Source: Dicyema japonicum (lineage: Eukaryota; Animalia; Dicyemida). From it: a stretch of 64,000 nucleotides of DNA. This document shows, piece by piece, positions 46,915-60,249 of this stretch; within the stretch, counting starts at the first letter, position 1; each line of letters opens with the position of its first letter. The stretch is taken from NCBI GenBank assembly GCA_011109175.1, contig RDEW01000008.1:753954-817953 (forward strand), given 5' to 3'. Below the pieces are notes generated by a model. The model saw only the letters and a program-made list of their open reading frames with translations. It was not told the origin of the DNA and did no database searches. Both the position numbers and the translations under genes were made by a program.

Positions 46915-49520
46915 ATTAGTTAAATTAAAAAAACCAAAAATCACTGACAAATTAAATAACTACATAGCCGTCAGGTTATTCCGGCCGCCTCGAGTAGCCA
47001 TCTCATTCTTGCTCGGTGTTCTTTTTCCGGATTGGGCGGGGGTTTCTAATTTTTTTGGAGGGTAGTAAGGTTCCGGTTTTCCTCACTAATTCCTCAAAAG
47101 GTGTAGGGTTTAGAGATGTCCAAGAAAACCTTTGCAAAGTCTTACTGGCCATTTTTTGGAATGTATTAATTTTTTCATATTCGCGTTTGATAGTTTGGTT
47201 CCCCATGCAGCACACCCATAAGTTAGAGACGGTTAAATATACTGCACGTAGAGCGAGTTGAAACACCCATTATATTGTCCAAGGAGTGTTTTAACAAAAT
47301 TTAGCTTTCGTTGTGCCGAAGAGATGACGTCGTCGATGTGTTTGCTGAAGGTCAAGAGTGGGTCGTAAGTTACGCCCAGTATCTTGACCGAGTTGGTCGT
47401 GGGGATTGAGTTTTCATTTATGGTTACACATGTAGCGGAGTTTGTCAATCTTCTGTTTGTTGTGAAAATTGTTGTATAAGACTTTTCGGGACTTGTATGT
47501 AGAATGTTATTAACGAGCCAACAGTCCAGATCATCCAATGAAGCTTGTATCCAGTAAACATCAGTATTAACGCACTGGTCTTTGACTGCGACGATTATAT
47601 CATCCGCATATGTCAGAACCAGAGTATCGTCACTGGTAAGGAAGGCACATCATTAGAATAGGTTGAACAGGTGTGTGAAGTGGAGATCCTTGAGGACCCC
47701 ATTTGGAAGGAACTTGGTCACTGATCTAGTTTTTCCAGCAGCTACTCTTCCTCTTCTTCCATTTAGGAAATTCGCGATCCAGATTTTCAGGTTGTTTGGA
47801 ATTTTTGACGTAAAGATCTTCCTTATCAAAAGCTTTCTTGGGACAGTGTCGGAAGCTTTTCTACATCTATGGAGCATAACAAAGACTTCTGATAAGGTTT
47901 GCGCTTTAGGCCATCCTTGATGAAATTTGTAAGGCATGAAAGATGAATTTCTGTGGAGTGCCCTTTTCTGAATCCGTGCTGAAAAGGTGCATCAGAAAGG
48001 TATGGTCTGATTAGTTCAAGAATCAGCTTTTCCAAAAGTTTTGATGTAACACATAGGAGAGAGATTGGTCTGTATGAGGCTGGTGATCCCTTTGGTCGTC
48101 TGGGTTTCAGAATTGGTCGTATGTTTGATAGCTTCTATATGGAAGGATTACAATTTTCGTTGATTGAAAAATTGAAAATTTTGGTGAGGGCCATGATGGC
48201 ATAGGGGCTTATGTTTTTCAGAACTATTGCAGGGATTCAGTCCGGACCACGGGAATAAGTCGACTTTTGACCTTCGACCATATTCTGCACGTTCTCCACA
48301 GAGAGGACAATCGGGGAGGTGGCTCTTTTAGGTTTGAGGGCTAGAATGGATGGACCTTCGAATTTCTTGTGTGGGATGAAACTCGTGGAGAAGTAGTACT
48401 TCATAAGTTTGCTTAGGAAAATTTTGTTTTCCATTTCTTCACGTGCGGGCGACTTGTCAGCGTTAATAAAGCTTTTAAGTGTTTTCCACATTTTTGTAAG
48501 GGAGTTCTGCTTGTTTAGATTGGACAGTAGGTTTTTCCAAACTTTATCTTGTTTTTTTGCATTTTTTTTGATCTCTCTTTCTAATGTACGAATTCTCAAT
48601 CTTGTTTCCCAGGATTGTTTTTGGAGGCTTTTTAGGTAATTTCTTCTTTTATGAGTGGATCGGCTCTGTGAGGAGAATTCTTTTTTGAGGTCAGTGGCCT
48701 TCTTTTAATACAAATTTTCATTCCTCGCGTACCACTCTATTAAAATATTGTAGTGCTTTATCGATGGAGTTAAAATTGGATAAATGAAAGTTAAGTAGAT
48801 AATAGTCGACAAAATTTGAGAACTTTTCCCAGTCGACATTTTTGTAGTCGGTAAATAAAACAGGTTTCTTTACAATCGACACTCTTCCTTCAAACGTAAT
48901 CATAACGGGATTATGGCCACTGCTGGTCTCGTATGACACTGTCCATTTTGTTAATGTTGCGATGTTTAATGAGGCAAAAGTGAGATCGGGGGACGATGTC
49001 CTGTCATTCGCTCTGTAGGGAGTCCTTGCATTGAATGTAGGGTTGTTTAATATTATCAGGTCATCCAGATTCGATAACAATTGGTTTCCTCTGTCATCGC
49101 ATGGTTGGTTCTTGAACCATTTTGATAAGGGTAAGCAGTCCACCACCCCGCCCAGCTGGGCGGTCGCGCTTGATGACGTGATAGTTTGGGAAGACGGGAG
49201 TGAAAAAAGACGGAGTCAGTCTTGTTTCTTGGAGTAGGCAAATGTCAGTATTATACATTTTTAAGAGGTTTCTGAGTTCGAGGATTTTCCTTTTCACTCC
49301 ATTTATGTTTAGTTGAATCAAAATAATGAGTTTTTGAGGTCCAGGATTGGGGTTCACATCGCCGGAAAGCATTAGGTGGGCTTCCATCAAGGCAGGAGAG
49401 AAAGCAGTGGGAGACCGTCCAAGAAGGAAATTCCTCTTGGATTGGACGTAGAGGATGTTTCTTTTGTTTGTGAAGTATATTCCACAGTTTTCGTCACCAG
49501 AACCTGCGAACCACATGACG
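46915..49520 (-). mobile_element. Compact (about 2.6 kb) I-group LINE: 2A-like motif, APE, RT; frameshifted
   Basis: MLSGDVNPNPGP..QLNING..LLQETRLT..GGGLLTL; SPDLT; SYRPISLLC; QHGFRKG; YADDI; KILGVTYD; 3' hairpin and AT tail. Confidence 0.85.
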
Positions 49521-49529
49521 TTAAGATTT

Positions 49530-50144
49530 TTTTTTAATTGAAATTACTAATTAGTTAACACTCTGCAAGCTGAATTCTCCTCCTCTTTGGGCATTGGCCC
49601 TTTGTATCACCCTCACTGTTCCCCTCTAAATCACTAGACAAGACAGCTGTTTCTCGTGGTTCCTCTTCTACGTCACCTCCGAGTTCAGAGCTTTTTGAGA
49701 TAAGATGATTAGTCACTCTTGTAACCTCATCATCATAGTTATCAATTTTCAGCCCATGTCTATGCTCGATTATCATGCTCTCTGAAGTTTTTTAATCGTC
49801 ATTGATTGGATGTGCGCCCTTGTAGATACATCCACGTTGAGTCTTTCCACATAGGACTTGTAGTACTTTGTTACTACTCCATCCCATGTCAAAACAATCG
49901 GAATTATTGTCACCTTGGCCTTGTGAATTTGTGCTAGTTCTCCTGCCAGAAGGTCGTATTTGTGTTTTTCCACTTCAACATGTTTTAGCAAATCTTGGGA
50001 AGTGATCCCTACTTCTATTAGTATTATTTCGTTTTTGGATTTATCGTGTACGAAAATATCAGGTTTGTTATTTTTAACTTGTATATCCGTTTGTAGTGTT
50101 GCATCGACTCGTATTTCAACTTTACTGCTCGATGCATTTAACAA
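49530..50144 (-). mobile_element. 5'-truncated R4/Dong-like RLE 3' fragment with poly(A)
   Basis: NNKPDIFVHDK..IILIEVGITSQD..KYDLLA; same group as 1440-4820 but diverged. Confidence 0.85.
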
Positions 50145-51983
50145 TAGGAATGAGAATTAGTCGTTATGATTGCAAGACCAATGTTTTATAGTCAGTCATC
50201 ACTATTCTGATTTCAATCTTAAACATTCCTGATAGACCCCGGCATTATTATTTTAATAAATGTTTTTTTGTAAATTCAAAAGTATTACTTTTTTGTTTTT
50301 AATAAAAATAAATATAATATGTCTATAATTTTGACCGCTCGAATGACCATGCCGTTTCCTCTATCGAGATAGGTTCTCGAAGCCATCTTGTCTCGCCTTA
50401 ATCCTCGGTAACTTTTCAAATTATTGAATTGATCTTAAGATTAGATCGTCCGAAGTTGAAATTTAATTTTTCAATTTTATTTTACAAGGTATTAATTTAT
50501 TATAATATCTAATTTTACCTTTTCTAAATTGAGCTAATTAAAGGAAATCTGCTGGCAGTCATGGATTAAGTTTTCCTCTTCTCAATTTAATCATTTAGAC
50601 TTTCAAGCAAACATCATCCTTCAATAGCACGTTCTTCACCGATCATTCCAATATCGATATCAAAAAGATCTTTTTGGGCTTCGTGATTATTATTGATTTT
50701 TCATAAAGCTTGAATTCACAGTTATTGATAGACAGAACGAGCGAAACCACGTGGGGTTAGATTCCTGTCAATACTAATGGCATGGATTATGTCCATTTTA
50801 TTTTGTGTCGAATGAATACCACTTAGAGTCCCTCAATTTTGTCCGGTAGTCAATTTTGGTGATGAAATAATTCCCCGATCTCCTCTTGTTGATTAACTCT
50901 GTGATTTCACTACTAAGGTTGGATAGGGATTCTTGATATTTAGTTGACATTTTGTATGAATCTTTTCGATAATTTCAAAGTTGGGATTATAGTATTTAAC
51001 GAGGCCCCGTGGAATGTGATTTTTGTAGCATTGAGGATAATTTCATTGAAAAATTAACTGAGGCATCAAGCGATTTGAAATTCTCTACGGAAAATTCCGA
51101 CAGAAAGTTTTCAGTTCCAACTACTAAGATATCAGAATGAACCATCTGAATCAAACCGACCAGTGAATGCCCTTGTTTTTTAGAAAAATTAGTAATTAGA
51201 CAAAATTAATGAGGGGATTCCTTCTTGGCAACTCACTGTCCTCTCTATCCTCGTATTTGACTTCTAAATAAGCTAATGAACCTCTTGTACAATCATCGTG
51301 TAATTCTTGCTGTCCAATCGTGAGTAAATATGATTGACTGATTCCTATAAAATAATCATAATCTCCAAGCTTTTCTTGTTTTTAAATATATACGTTCTTT
51401 CACAGATATAGAATGGCATCCAAAGTAGTACTGACAGTGCAATTTGACTTTTGCATAATGTGTCAACTTGACTATTTGAAAGAAAGTCATATTCCTCAGC
51501 TTTGGGAGATTTTTAGAAACTGTCATTCTTGCTTCAAGTAGGAGTTCGATGTCAATTTTATCAAAGACTAACAAGTTCGACTTATCACTACCGTGTAGAC
51601 ATTTGATGACTTTATCATGTCTTACACAACATCTTTCACATTGGGACACAATGATCCATATTCGATCACTCCATATTAGATTATATGATCACTGTCGTCC
51701 TACACATATAATTTATGATTGATGGTCCTTTACGTTCCTTCAATTTTGAACAGGAAGAGATTCGTTCATCTTGCACTTCATCTATTCAAAACTTCGGTTT
51801 CCAATGTCTCCAGAGTTGATCACCTCGTCCAAGTTTACGAAAAATGAAGACAAAATAACTCATCCATTATGATACTGTGCAGATATTTATGCAATAGAGC
51901 CACCCCCAAGTTTATGTTCTGATATGTGGAAGTTGTAATTAAATTTATTTTCTATTAGAAATGTGATTAAATAAAAAAGTAAT

Positions 51984-52437
51984 TTATTTTTCAACAAGGC
52001 AGGTAAATATCGAAGGAAAATCAAAATCATCGACAATCATAAGATTATTGTCAAATATTTTGATTTCGACATCATCAGTTCCTGGTTTGAGGATTATATA
52101 AGTTCCTGGGCCATTCCACCCAGCAGCAATATCATCTGATGCGACATAAACATTCTGGTCTGATCCAAGAGCTTTGTACATCATCCATTTGTGATTTTTG
52201 TAGCCATTGAATTTTAAATCAACTTTATGTTGACCACCAATCTTCAAAATTCCATGAAAACAGTTTTTATTTTGCATTCTTTCAGTCAGCACATCAATTT
52301 GGGAAGGACGAACTTGAACTTTGGGGTACATGAATGGTTTGAACATTCCAACGACAGACACTAAAACATATAACAGAGATTTTTACAAATAAAGTTAATC
52401 ACAGTGTTGTGACCAAAATACCAACTGCATTCCCCAT
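51984..52437 (-). CDS. Orphan protein of about 130 aa, two exons, Met-Gly start
   Basis: ATGGGGAATGCAGTTG (52437-52422), a 61-nt GT-AG intron (52421-52361), then open to the stop at 51984: MGNAVVSVVGMFKPFMYPK...; no family recognised. Confidence 0.55.
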
Positions 52438-54971
52438 TTTAGAATTACATTTAATAATGCGCATTGCTCTTTAAAACGTCGAGTTATTTTTTATTTCCTA
52501 ATTTATACATTTTTTTCTTTGCGTAAATTTACTATTTTGGTTTTTTTATGTTAAGGAAGAGAAGATTAATAACTTTTGGAGATTCAGGTTATCTAAGACT
52601 ACGCTCCACAGACTCAATTCGATATACTGGAAAAGTATTCAATAATGGGCCCTTATATTGGATCAACAGTCAATCCCCTACTCACGGAGGAAACGAGCCA
52701 TTATCTGGGATCCAAATTCCTTCGCTTCTGTGAGGAGGATGGAAACTCGCTTCGTCTGTTCATTTCGAAGGCAAAGAAAACCGATTAGTTAAAGCTCTCC
52801 TCTCCAAACGGATTCCTGTGCAGGATTGAAAGAAGACTCCTTCGTACGGTAGTGGGAACAATGGAAGACCACAAACGTTGGAAGGCTCGATTGATTAAAG
52901 GAACTGGGATTACCTAACTGTCTGACGTTTTCAGTGTCTTTCTTTCCCGGTGATCCCGGGTTCTAAATAAATAAATTCGGATATACAGCAGATTAATAGT
53001 TAATGTTTAATTAAGGTATATTCAGTTCTTACTGTATGAGTGAGAAGCATCCTCTCCAAGCATCATGTCCATCCATATCTGCCATTGGGAACCTCAACAT
53101 TGGAGTACATCAGAGATAATTATTGGATGCCGGCAGCCAATGGGAGTCTCAAGAATCAGGTAAATCCATAACGTCTCATTTATTAACCACATGTTTACTA
53201 TTTTTAGTAATCCAGCACAAACATTCATATCTAATTAATCCAAGGAAGGAACCAAAGGGAAAATGTCTGTTTGTGTAGACCAATCCAGCTTCCGAAAAAT
53301 GGTGGAGTAGTATGTTGACTCTCATTTTCATCACACGTTCTACCCTCACAAACATCACTTCATTCTTAGACGTAATAATTTTCATAATGGTAATCTTCAT
53401 CAGTGGAGTTGGTAATAACGTCTCTTATGAATTGAAGATGTCAAAGGGCAGAAAAAATCCTTCAACCAACCAACTAGCTTTGTGAGAATCGAATAATGGC
53501 TAATCCCAACGCGAGGGATATCACTAACCACTGCTCTACTAAGAAATGCGAGTATAAATTTTCTGATGCAACCATTACTTGAAGACAGCATAATAAATAT
53601 TTATTTCTGAATTTATCAAAACATCCAGTTAGCATAACTAATTGTAGAGGGAGAACCAAGGAATAATCTTTGACAAAGAAACTGAAAATCTCTAGGATCA
53701 CCTTCAAAACACACATGTCCTTTTCCTCTCATGTAGAAGGCATCTCCGGAAGCTGCTCGAGAAAGCTAGGGATAATCAAATTATTTTTGGTGGCATTAAG
53801 ACCCCTTTTCCAGCATTGAAATTATTGTACAAACAATTCATTGAGCAATCTGTCAGCTATGCTTGTGCGTTATGGGGAATCAATCTGTCCTGGACGAACA
53901 TACAAAAAATCAGCGACATTCAGTCCTTTTTTTTGGAAGTTGTAATTAGACAACCACTACCATTAGTAATTTCGAGAAACTAAAAAAACTAATCCCCTTA
54001 TTACTTGAAAACCTTATCCGACAAAATGGAAAGGGATTTGCTTCCCTGTGCAGGCAATGGAACTCCCAACAGTACACAACCAAGGCGAGTTTTATGAGAA
54101 GGGTATAAATCACCACTCTCCAACTTCTATTCCACAAATCATCCCTCCCACAGAGAAGTTGCGTTGGATCTCAGAAGGCGCACAAGGAGAGGATGAGAAA
54201 TCGATCTGGTTCCGCAGTGAGATCTTCACTGATGACGGCGTCACTCGTCAAGACAAATAAACTTAAACAATTTTTATTATAAATATGAGTAATTCTAATT
54301 ATTATTGACGTTGTGTCTTATATGGTTGCAATTGAATTCCCTACTATATTTGAAAACCTTGACTGCTGTCCCCAAACAAGCATTTGAGGAACCAATACTT
54401 CTTGAAAAACACTGATAAGCCTAATTAGAAGCTTTGTTAAGATTCGAAACGAGTCTCGTAACGCCATGTTAAACTCGAATGTCTCGAGGGGTATAGAAGA
54501 TGGCGGGTTTACATGCCTGTAGAACCCGTCGGACATGACAGAGTCGACGGCGTAAAGACCATCCCGTGGAGCCAAGGGAGGTGTTTTGTTTTTGATACAA
54601 CGTGAACGGAAACTTTCTCTAAATCAATTATTTTCAAGACACATTTTCCGCAGCGACTACTGATGCAGATTTATAAGAAGGAAGTACATCGACATTTGGT
54701 ATCGGTTCGCTTGAGATGTCTGACGTGCTTAGCTTTAGTTAGCTAAATAATCCTTGCCTCACTAATTGTAGGAGGCCAGCAGCTATTAATCTGAGTCCTG
54801 CTTAGCCTGAGCATATGAAATGTCGCATGCCATATAGAAAATGTTTGAACATCTCACAACCAATGTGTAATCACTAAGTAAACATCGGTTTTTTAATTTT
54901 TAATAATATTCCACTTAAATGATTAATTTTTTAACTGGAATATGTATACATGAACTACGGCCCGCCCGCTA

Positions 54972-55193
54972 TAGGGTTATGGTTCAGGTTAGGAATTAGA
55001 GTCATGCTTAGGGATTAAATTCAGTGTTGTGGGTTAGGGATTTAAGTCAGGGTTAGGGTTGGTGGTTATGGTTAGTGATAAAGATAGGATTGGACTCACG
55101 CTTATGTTCGGGGATTAGAGATTAGAGTCAGGGTTAGGGATTAGGGTATGAGGTTAGGATTAGGGTAGAGGGCTATGGTTAGGATTAGAGTTA
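54972..55193 (+). repeat. Degenerate (TTAGGG)n-like hexamer array (interstitial telomere-like sequence)
   Basis: About 220 bp of 6-nt-period variants (ggttag, gattag, ggttat, gagtca, ttaggg) on one strand. Confidence 0.8.
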
Positions 55194-55239
55194 AATTTAT
55201 AAAAATATATTATTAGTCCACTTGAAAGATTTCATCTTA

Positions 55240-58200
55240 AGGAACTCTCTAAAATTTTATTTTTGACGAAGAAAAGGTTTATATTTTACATTATTATTAT
55301 TTAAAGCACTCCCGAGAAGTCATAAAATTAATTCGAGAAGTCATAAAATTAATCCTCCCTTGTGCCGTATTTCTAGCCATCCTCTCTATCAGCCTTTTCC
55401 AGGACCCTCTACTTCGTGCCAGTTCCCTTAAGGTATCTAGGTCGTCTGCGGAAGTGAGCTTCAGTCCCACAGCCGACAGGTCTCCATTCAAAATAGTTGG
55501 GAGTGTGACTCTTGGTCTTCCACGGAAACCGGCTCCCGTATGCATTAGGTAGTTTTCCATGGCGATATTCGCGGGTACTTGAGCATTTAGACGTAAGATA
55601 TGTCCAAAGAGACTCCATCTTGATCTGAAGATCTCCTCGGATAGTATACCAGATTTGCACTTCGAGTAGAGGTCATTGTTTGAGATCTTCTTAGGCCACT
55701 TGATCTTGATTACTGATTTCAATTGTGTCCTGTGGAAAGCGTCAAGACGGTCCATCTCTTGTTTAGAGATTCCCCAAGTGCCTGAATTGTAGGTCAGGAC
55801 GGGGATGACAAAAGCCTTATATATTCTGAGTTTGGTGTTTAATCCCATCCTCTTCTTATGACCCCACATATTCGATACTTTCTTTAGTGCACACATTGCG
55901 AGGATTTTCCTCCGAGAAACATCTTCTGAGTCCCCGAGAAGCGAACCCACCTTCTTTTGCTTTCTCCAAGACTCGTCCGATCTTCGATCATTGCGTGTAA
56001 GTGTTGTGAACTCTGTTTTATCGGTGTTAACGGTTAAGAACCATTTCGAGAATACGTGTGGAAGAACGTTAAGCATGTGTTGAAGTACTTGAATATCCTC
56101 AGAAACAAAGTCCAGGTCGTCCGCGTAGATTATCTCGTTATAATTGTTGCCAACCAGGGGTCTGAACTCTCTTAGTGCGGCCTCAAGGTAGACAATAAAG
56201 AGGACCGGGGATAGTGAGTCCCCCTGTGGAACTCCACGTGAGGTCGAAAAAAAGTTAGAGGTAGAGTCACCAATTTTGACGGCAAGTTGAGTGTTCCGCA
56301 TGAGTAAGTGTATTATTTTGACATCGTCAGGCAGTAGAAAACTCTCCAACACTTCCATAAGTTTTCCACGGTCCACCGAGTCGAACGCACGGGACATGTC
56401 GATACCAAGTATCTCAATAGATTTTTTGTATTTTTGGCACAGGGCACAATACCACCTGTGCCCCCATACCACGTCAGCCGTGGACCTGCCCGTCCGGAAT
56501 CCACTTTGGCCGTCCGAAAGAAATATGTTCACCCTCTCCTTTATTCGGTTTAAAGCAATGAGGGATAATGTTTTTCGTATGGAGGTTAGGAGTATAATAG
56601 GTCTGAAGTTGTGAGGGGGGCCTTTACTTTTTCCCGGTTTTTGTAGTGGAATTAGCCACCCTTTTCCCAGTTCCAGTTCATCTGCACCCTCGAGAGACCG
56701 GTTGAAAATGTTAGTAATCATTTCAATTAGCTCCTCCGGGCCGTATTGTAAAAGTTCTGCAGTAATGAAGTCTGGTCCGGCAGATCTTCCGGTATTTAAT
56801 TTTTTAATAGCTTGTTGAGTTTCGGATATGGTAATAGGGCTAGTTAGAGTGTACTTGTAAGACTTCCGAGATTTCATTGCTTGGTCAGCCGCGTCCTGTT
56901 TGTTGAACATAAGGTCAAAATGGGATGCCAGAACGTTTGCTTTGTTAATGGTCCCGATAACGTCGTGACCAAGGTTGTCATGGACAGTTAACGAAATTGG
57001 ACAGTTTTCTCTGCTAAGAAGCCGGATTGCTTTGAACATTCTTGGTCCGTTCTTGTACTTTAATATGTCTGAGATTTTCTCCTCAGCTTCATTTTTGGCA
57101 AGGAATCTTTGTATTTGTTTGATCTTCGTTAAGACTCTCCCTCTCTGGGTGCGCAGTACTTTGATATCTTCCGGAGCGTTTGTGTTTTCCATCCGGAGTC
57201 TGAGCTCTTTCTGTGTTACAGAGAGTTGTCCGATATCCGGATTACATTGTTTGTGACGAGATTTGGTGATGTGACCAAGCACACTAAAGGCTGTGTTTTG
57301 GATAGCAACCACTATTTCATCCCATAAGCTGTTTGTCGGCTGATTTTGGTTAATACTGTTGATGCTATCTCTCAGAACTGCACTATAACGACATTTGGTG
57401 GATTCTTCGTAGCGTAACCTCTCAGTGTCGAAACGTACTGAGGTAAGGCCTTTGTGTTTCCCGTGTATTCCATGGATTCTTTTAAGTACTAGCCGGGCGA
57501 CCACAAGTTTATGATCGCTACTTGTTTCAAGTCCACCGTAAGATCTCGAGTCCTGTAGGAGGGCCTTCTGATGTTGCTTGCAGATAATATAGTCGATCTG
57601 ATTGTATATATTGACTGTGTTTCCAGATTTGCCTTTTCTGGTACCAACCCACGTGGTCCTGTGTCTTGCCGGGTGCTTGAAACAAGTGTTGCATATGAGT
57701 AGGTTGAATGCCGTGCAAAATTGTATTAATGCCTCTCCGGGGATGTTACGGCGGTTTCTACCGTGGGATCCAATACACGTTTCACCAGGTCTTGCTTTTC
57801 CGGCCCTGGCGTTCCAGTCCCCGGCGATAAAAAGAAAGTAAGAGGATGAAAGTGAGTTGTACACACTTGTGAGAGTAGAGTAAAACGTATCCAGTTCTTC
57901 GATATTCGTTGATACACGTGCTCCGGTTGGGGCATATACATTTATGATGGAGATCACTGAGTTGAGTTTGTTTCCGCATTTGATTTGTAACACCGCGACA
58001 CGGTCAGATACTGCCCATACTCTTGAGACACAGTGAAACAAGTGCCGATGAACAGCAAATCCGAGCCCATAGTGCCTGCAGTCTGGTGTGAGGGTCAAAA
58101 GGTAAAAATTCTTGAAACAGTTCTGCAGATTGTTCGGTTATTTTCGTCTCTTGCAAACAACAGACAGAGATGTTGTATTTACTCAGATCACGCGCCAATT

Positions 58201-58525
58201 GTTGTTTCTTGTAGCACTGATTGAGGCCTCGGCAGTTGAGGGATCCAAGAGTGAGGGGAGAAACTGGTAAGCAATACGAAGAAGACATAGTGCAAGTAGA
58301 GGGACGTCACCACCTCAACCAGAATAAAAACTACCGTTTCCGTTTTTGTGAAGAACAACAATTAGTGTTAAAGAATAGAGGTATACCTTAAAGTCACGAT
58401 TTATTAATCGAACATAATTATAATCACTTCGGTAGAGATCGACTATTTTCAAAAATGAGACAGAAGTATTACGAGATTGGTAAAAATATGATTGTGACAG
58501 TTATTTCAAATTGTGCATTTTGTTT
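55240..58525 (+). mobile_element. KRBA2/Ginger-type integrase N-terminal fragment, split by the RTE insertion
   Basis: Joining 55289 to 58321 gives in-frame NFIFDEEKVYILQNKNYRFRFCEEQQL, followed by HNYNHFGRDRLFSKMRQKYYEIGKNMIVTVISNCAFC (integrase H2C2 zinc domain). Confidence 0.7.
55290..58320 (-). mobile_element. Near-intact full-length RTE-group non-LTR retrotransposon (APE + RT, about 1000 aa)
   Basis: ORF 58004-58288 (SLNCRGL..CLQETK) plus ORF 55297-58098 (YAPT, GDWNA, NQIDY, SDH, FRPIILL, IDMSRAFD, GVPQGDSLSP, YADD). One extra T near 58105; (TAA)3 tail. Confidence 0.93.
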
Positions 58526-60249
58526 TCCTGTTTTCCACAATGTCAGTTTTTGCTGTGTTCATTCTGGGGAACCATATGTTCATCTCAGCAGGTACCACCT
58601 CGAGCACTCGAAGTAGGACCTTTGATCTTACATAAATCCTCCATTAAGAAATTTTCCATTTCCTCGAGCATAGGAAATAATTTTGCATGTATCTAATTTT
58701 CTAAAAGTTCTTATTCTTGGTCATTAAATCAAGTCAGAGAAATCGATGGATCGCTCATATAGTAGGAAGAGGAGGTAAACGTTACTACATGACATGTGAT
58801 CTTCTATAACATGAAAGACACGTTTCTTGTCCAATAGTGTTCCCCAGGGTTCTCCACTTGTTGCCACAACCTACATAAGAAAATTCCGTCCTGATCTCAT
58901 ACGCTAATGATGTCGTCATTTCTTACTGTGAAGCCACATGGGTCGTAAAAATGGCGAACTCACTGATCCCTTGGCTTACTCAATGATTACTTGAAATAAC
59001 TCCAGTGAGGATCTCCACAATCCTATTTACTTAATATATAAGGCATTACAACATCAAGCCAACCATCCTCCTAAAGAACGAGATTATTTTCCTCAATGAC
59101 ACGGCAAATATTCTGAGTCATATTCGATTAAGGGCTTTCGTGGGAAAACTGAGTGGAGCAGAGATGATGAGAATTATATCGTTAAAAACATTTCATAAAC
59201 TCTCGGAAGCAACACTGGATGCTTTTCCACCATCTACCACCAGTTATTTAATCCAATATTGACTTTATAAAAGTACATCGTGGTCAATCGCAACTCCGTT
59301 ATTCCCTGCGCAAGTTATCTACATTACAGGAACCTGTCAACGATCAACAATCTTAATTTTGCTTCTATACTTCATGAGATATATAACCCTCTCCCGAACG
59401 ACAACGAAATTTCCTAAGAAACAATTGCTTATTTAGTTCCGCTCAATTAAATTATTTACTCCAATCTCGCTAGCAGTAAAAAGCCGGCAACTTCAGCTGG
59501 AATTGACGAGTGCTTCCATAACTATTCAAGGTTTATAATAGTTTATCGTGTGATTGTTTTTAGCTTAAAATATCCGGAGTGAATTTAGAAAGGGTAAACG
59601 TAGTTAGAGTCCTCGTGGATGGCTTTAGATTTTCCGGAAGCAGAATGGGACGAAAGAATCTTAGGGAGTTAGTTCAATTTTTAATTTTGGTGGAATTAAA
59701 AATTATGGAGAAGAGTCTTTTCCAGAAATCCACTTCTCCGTAATTTTTCTGTTTGTGTTGTCTGTTCCTCTTTCACTTTTTACTCCCACACAGTGTTCCC
59801 TAGAACATTCACGTTAGAAACTCAATACTATAAATTAGCATGGAATATTTCATTCGACTAACAAGTCCAAGTTAAATATTATTCATTAGAATTTGATTAG
59901 GAGCTATGGGGTAGCACATATCCCAATCCACCCTCCATAAGAAAGACTGTGACCACTCTTTCATATGTTGGGTCACTGCAGATTAATTGATCGGTTAGGA
60001 ACTCCAATGAAGAGTCCAAGATCTTCAAGGCATAACCCGCGTTATTTTCACTGTCCTTTATTTTCAACAAACTAAATCTATAAACCAAGTTTTAAATGGG
60101 ATTAAATGATGAAAATTACACAACAAAAATATTACAGGAAAAATTTATTCATAATTTTATCACAAATTATCACCTGCAAGACAAAAATAGTCAAAAATTA
60201 TATTTTTACAATTTTATAGCTAAAGTTCAAATTATCAAAAAAAAAAGAA

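Noticed and set aside
51356-51800. Possible WD40 remnant (DHQS.IICV...HDKVIKCL)
   Set aside because: Multiple stops, no clear WD dipeptides and no assignable family.
58200-58320. HDV-like ribozyme at the RTE 5' end (GGUUGAG can pair with CUCAACU, with a G-U first pair)
   Set aside because: No P3/L3 of the right size precedes the 3' strand and no GG follows for P1.1; the partner lies in coding sequence (LNCR). Not supportable without a covariance search.
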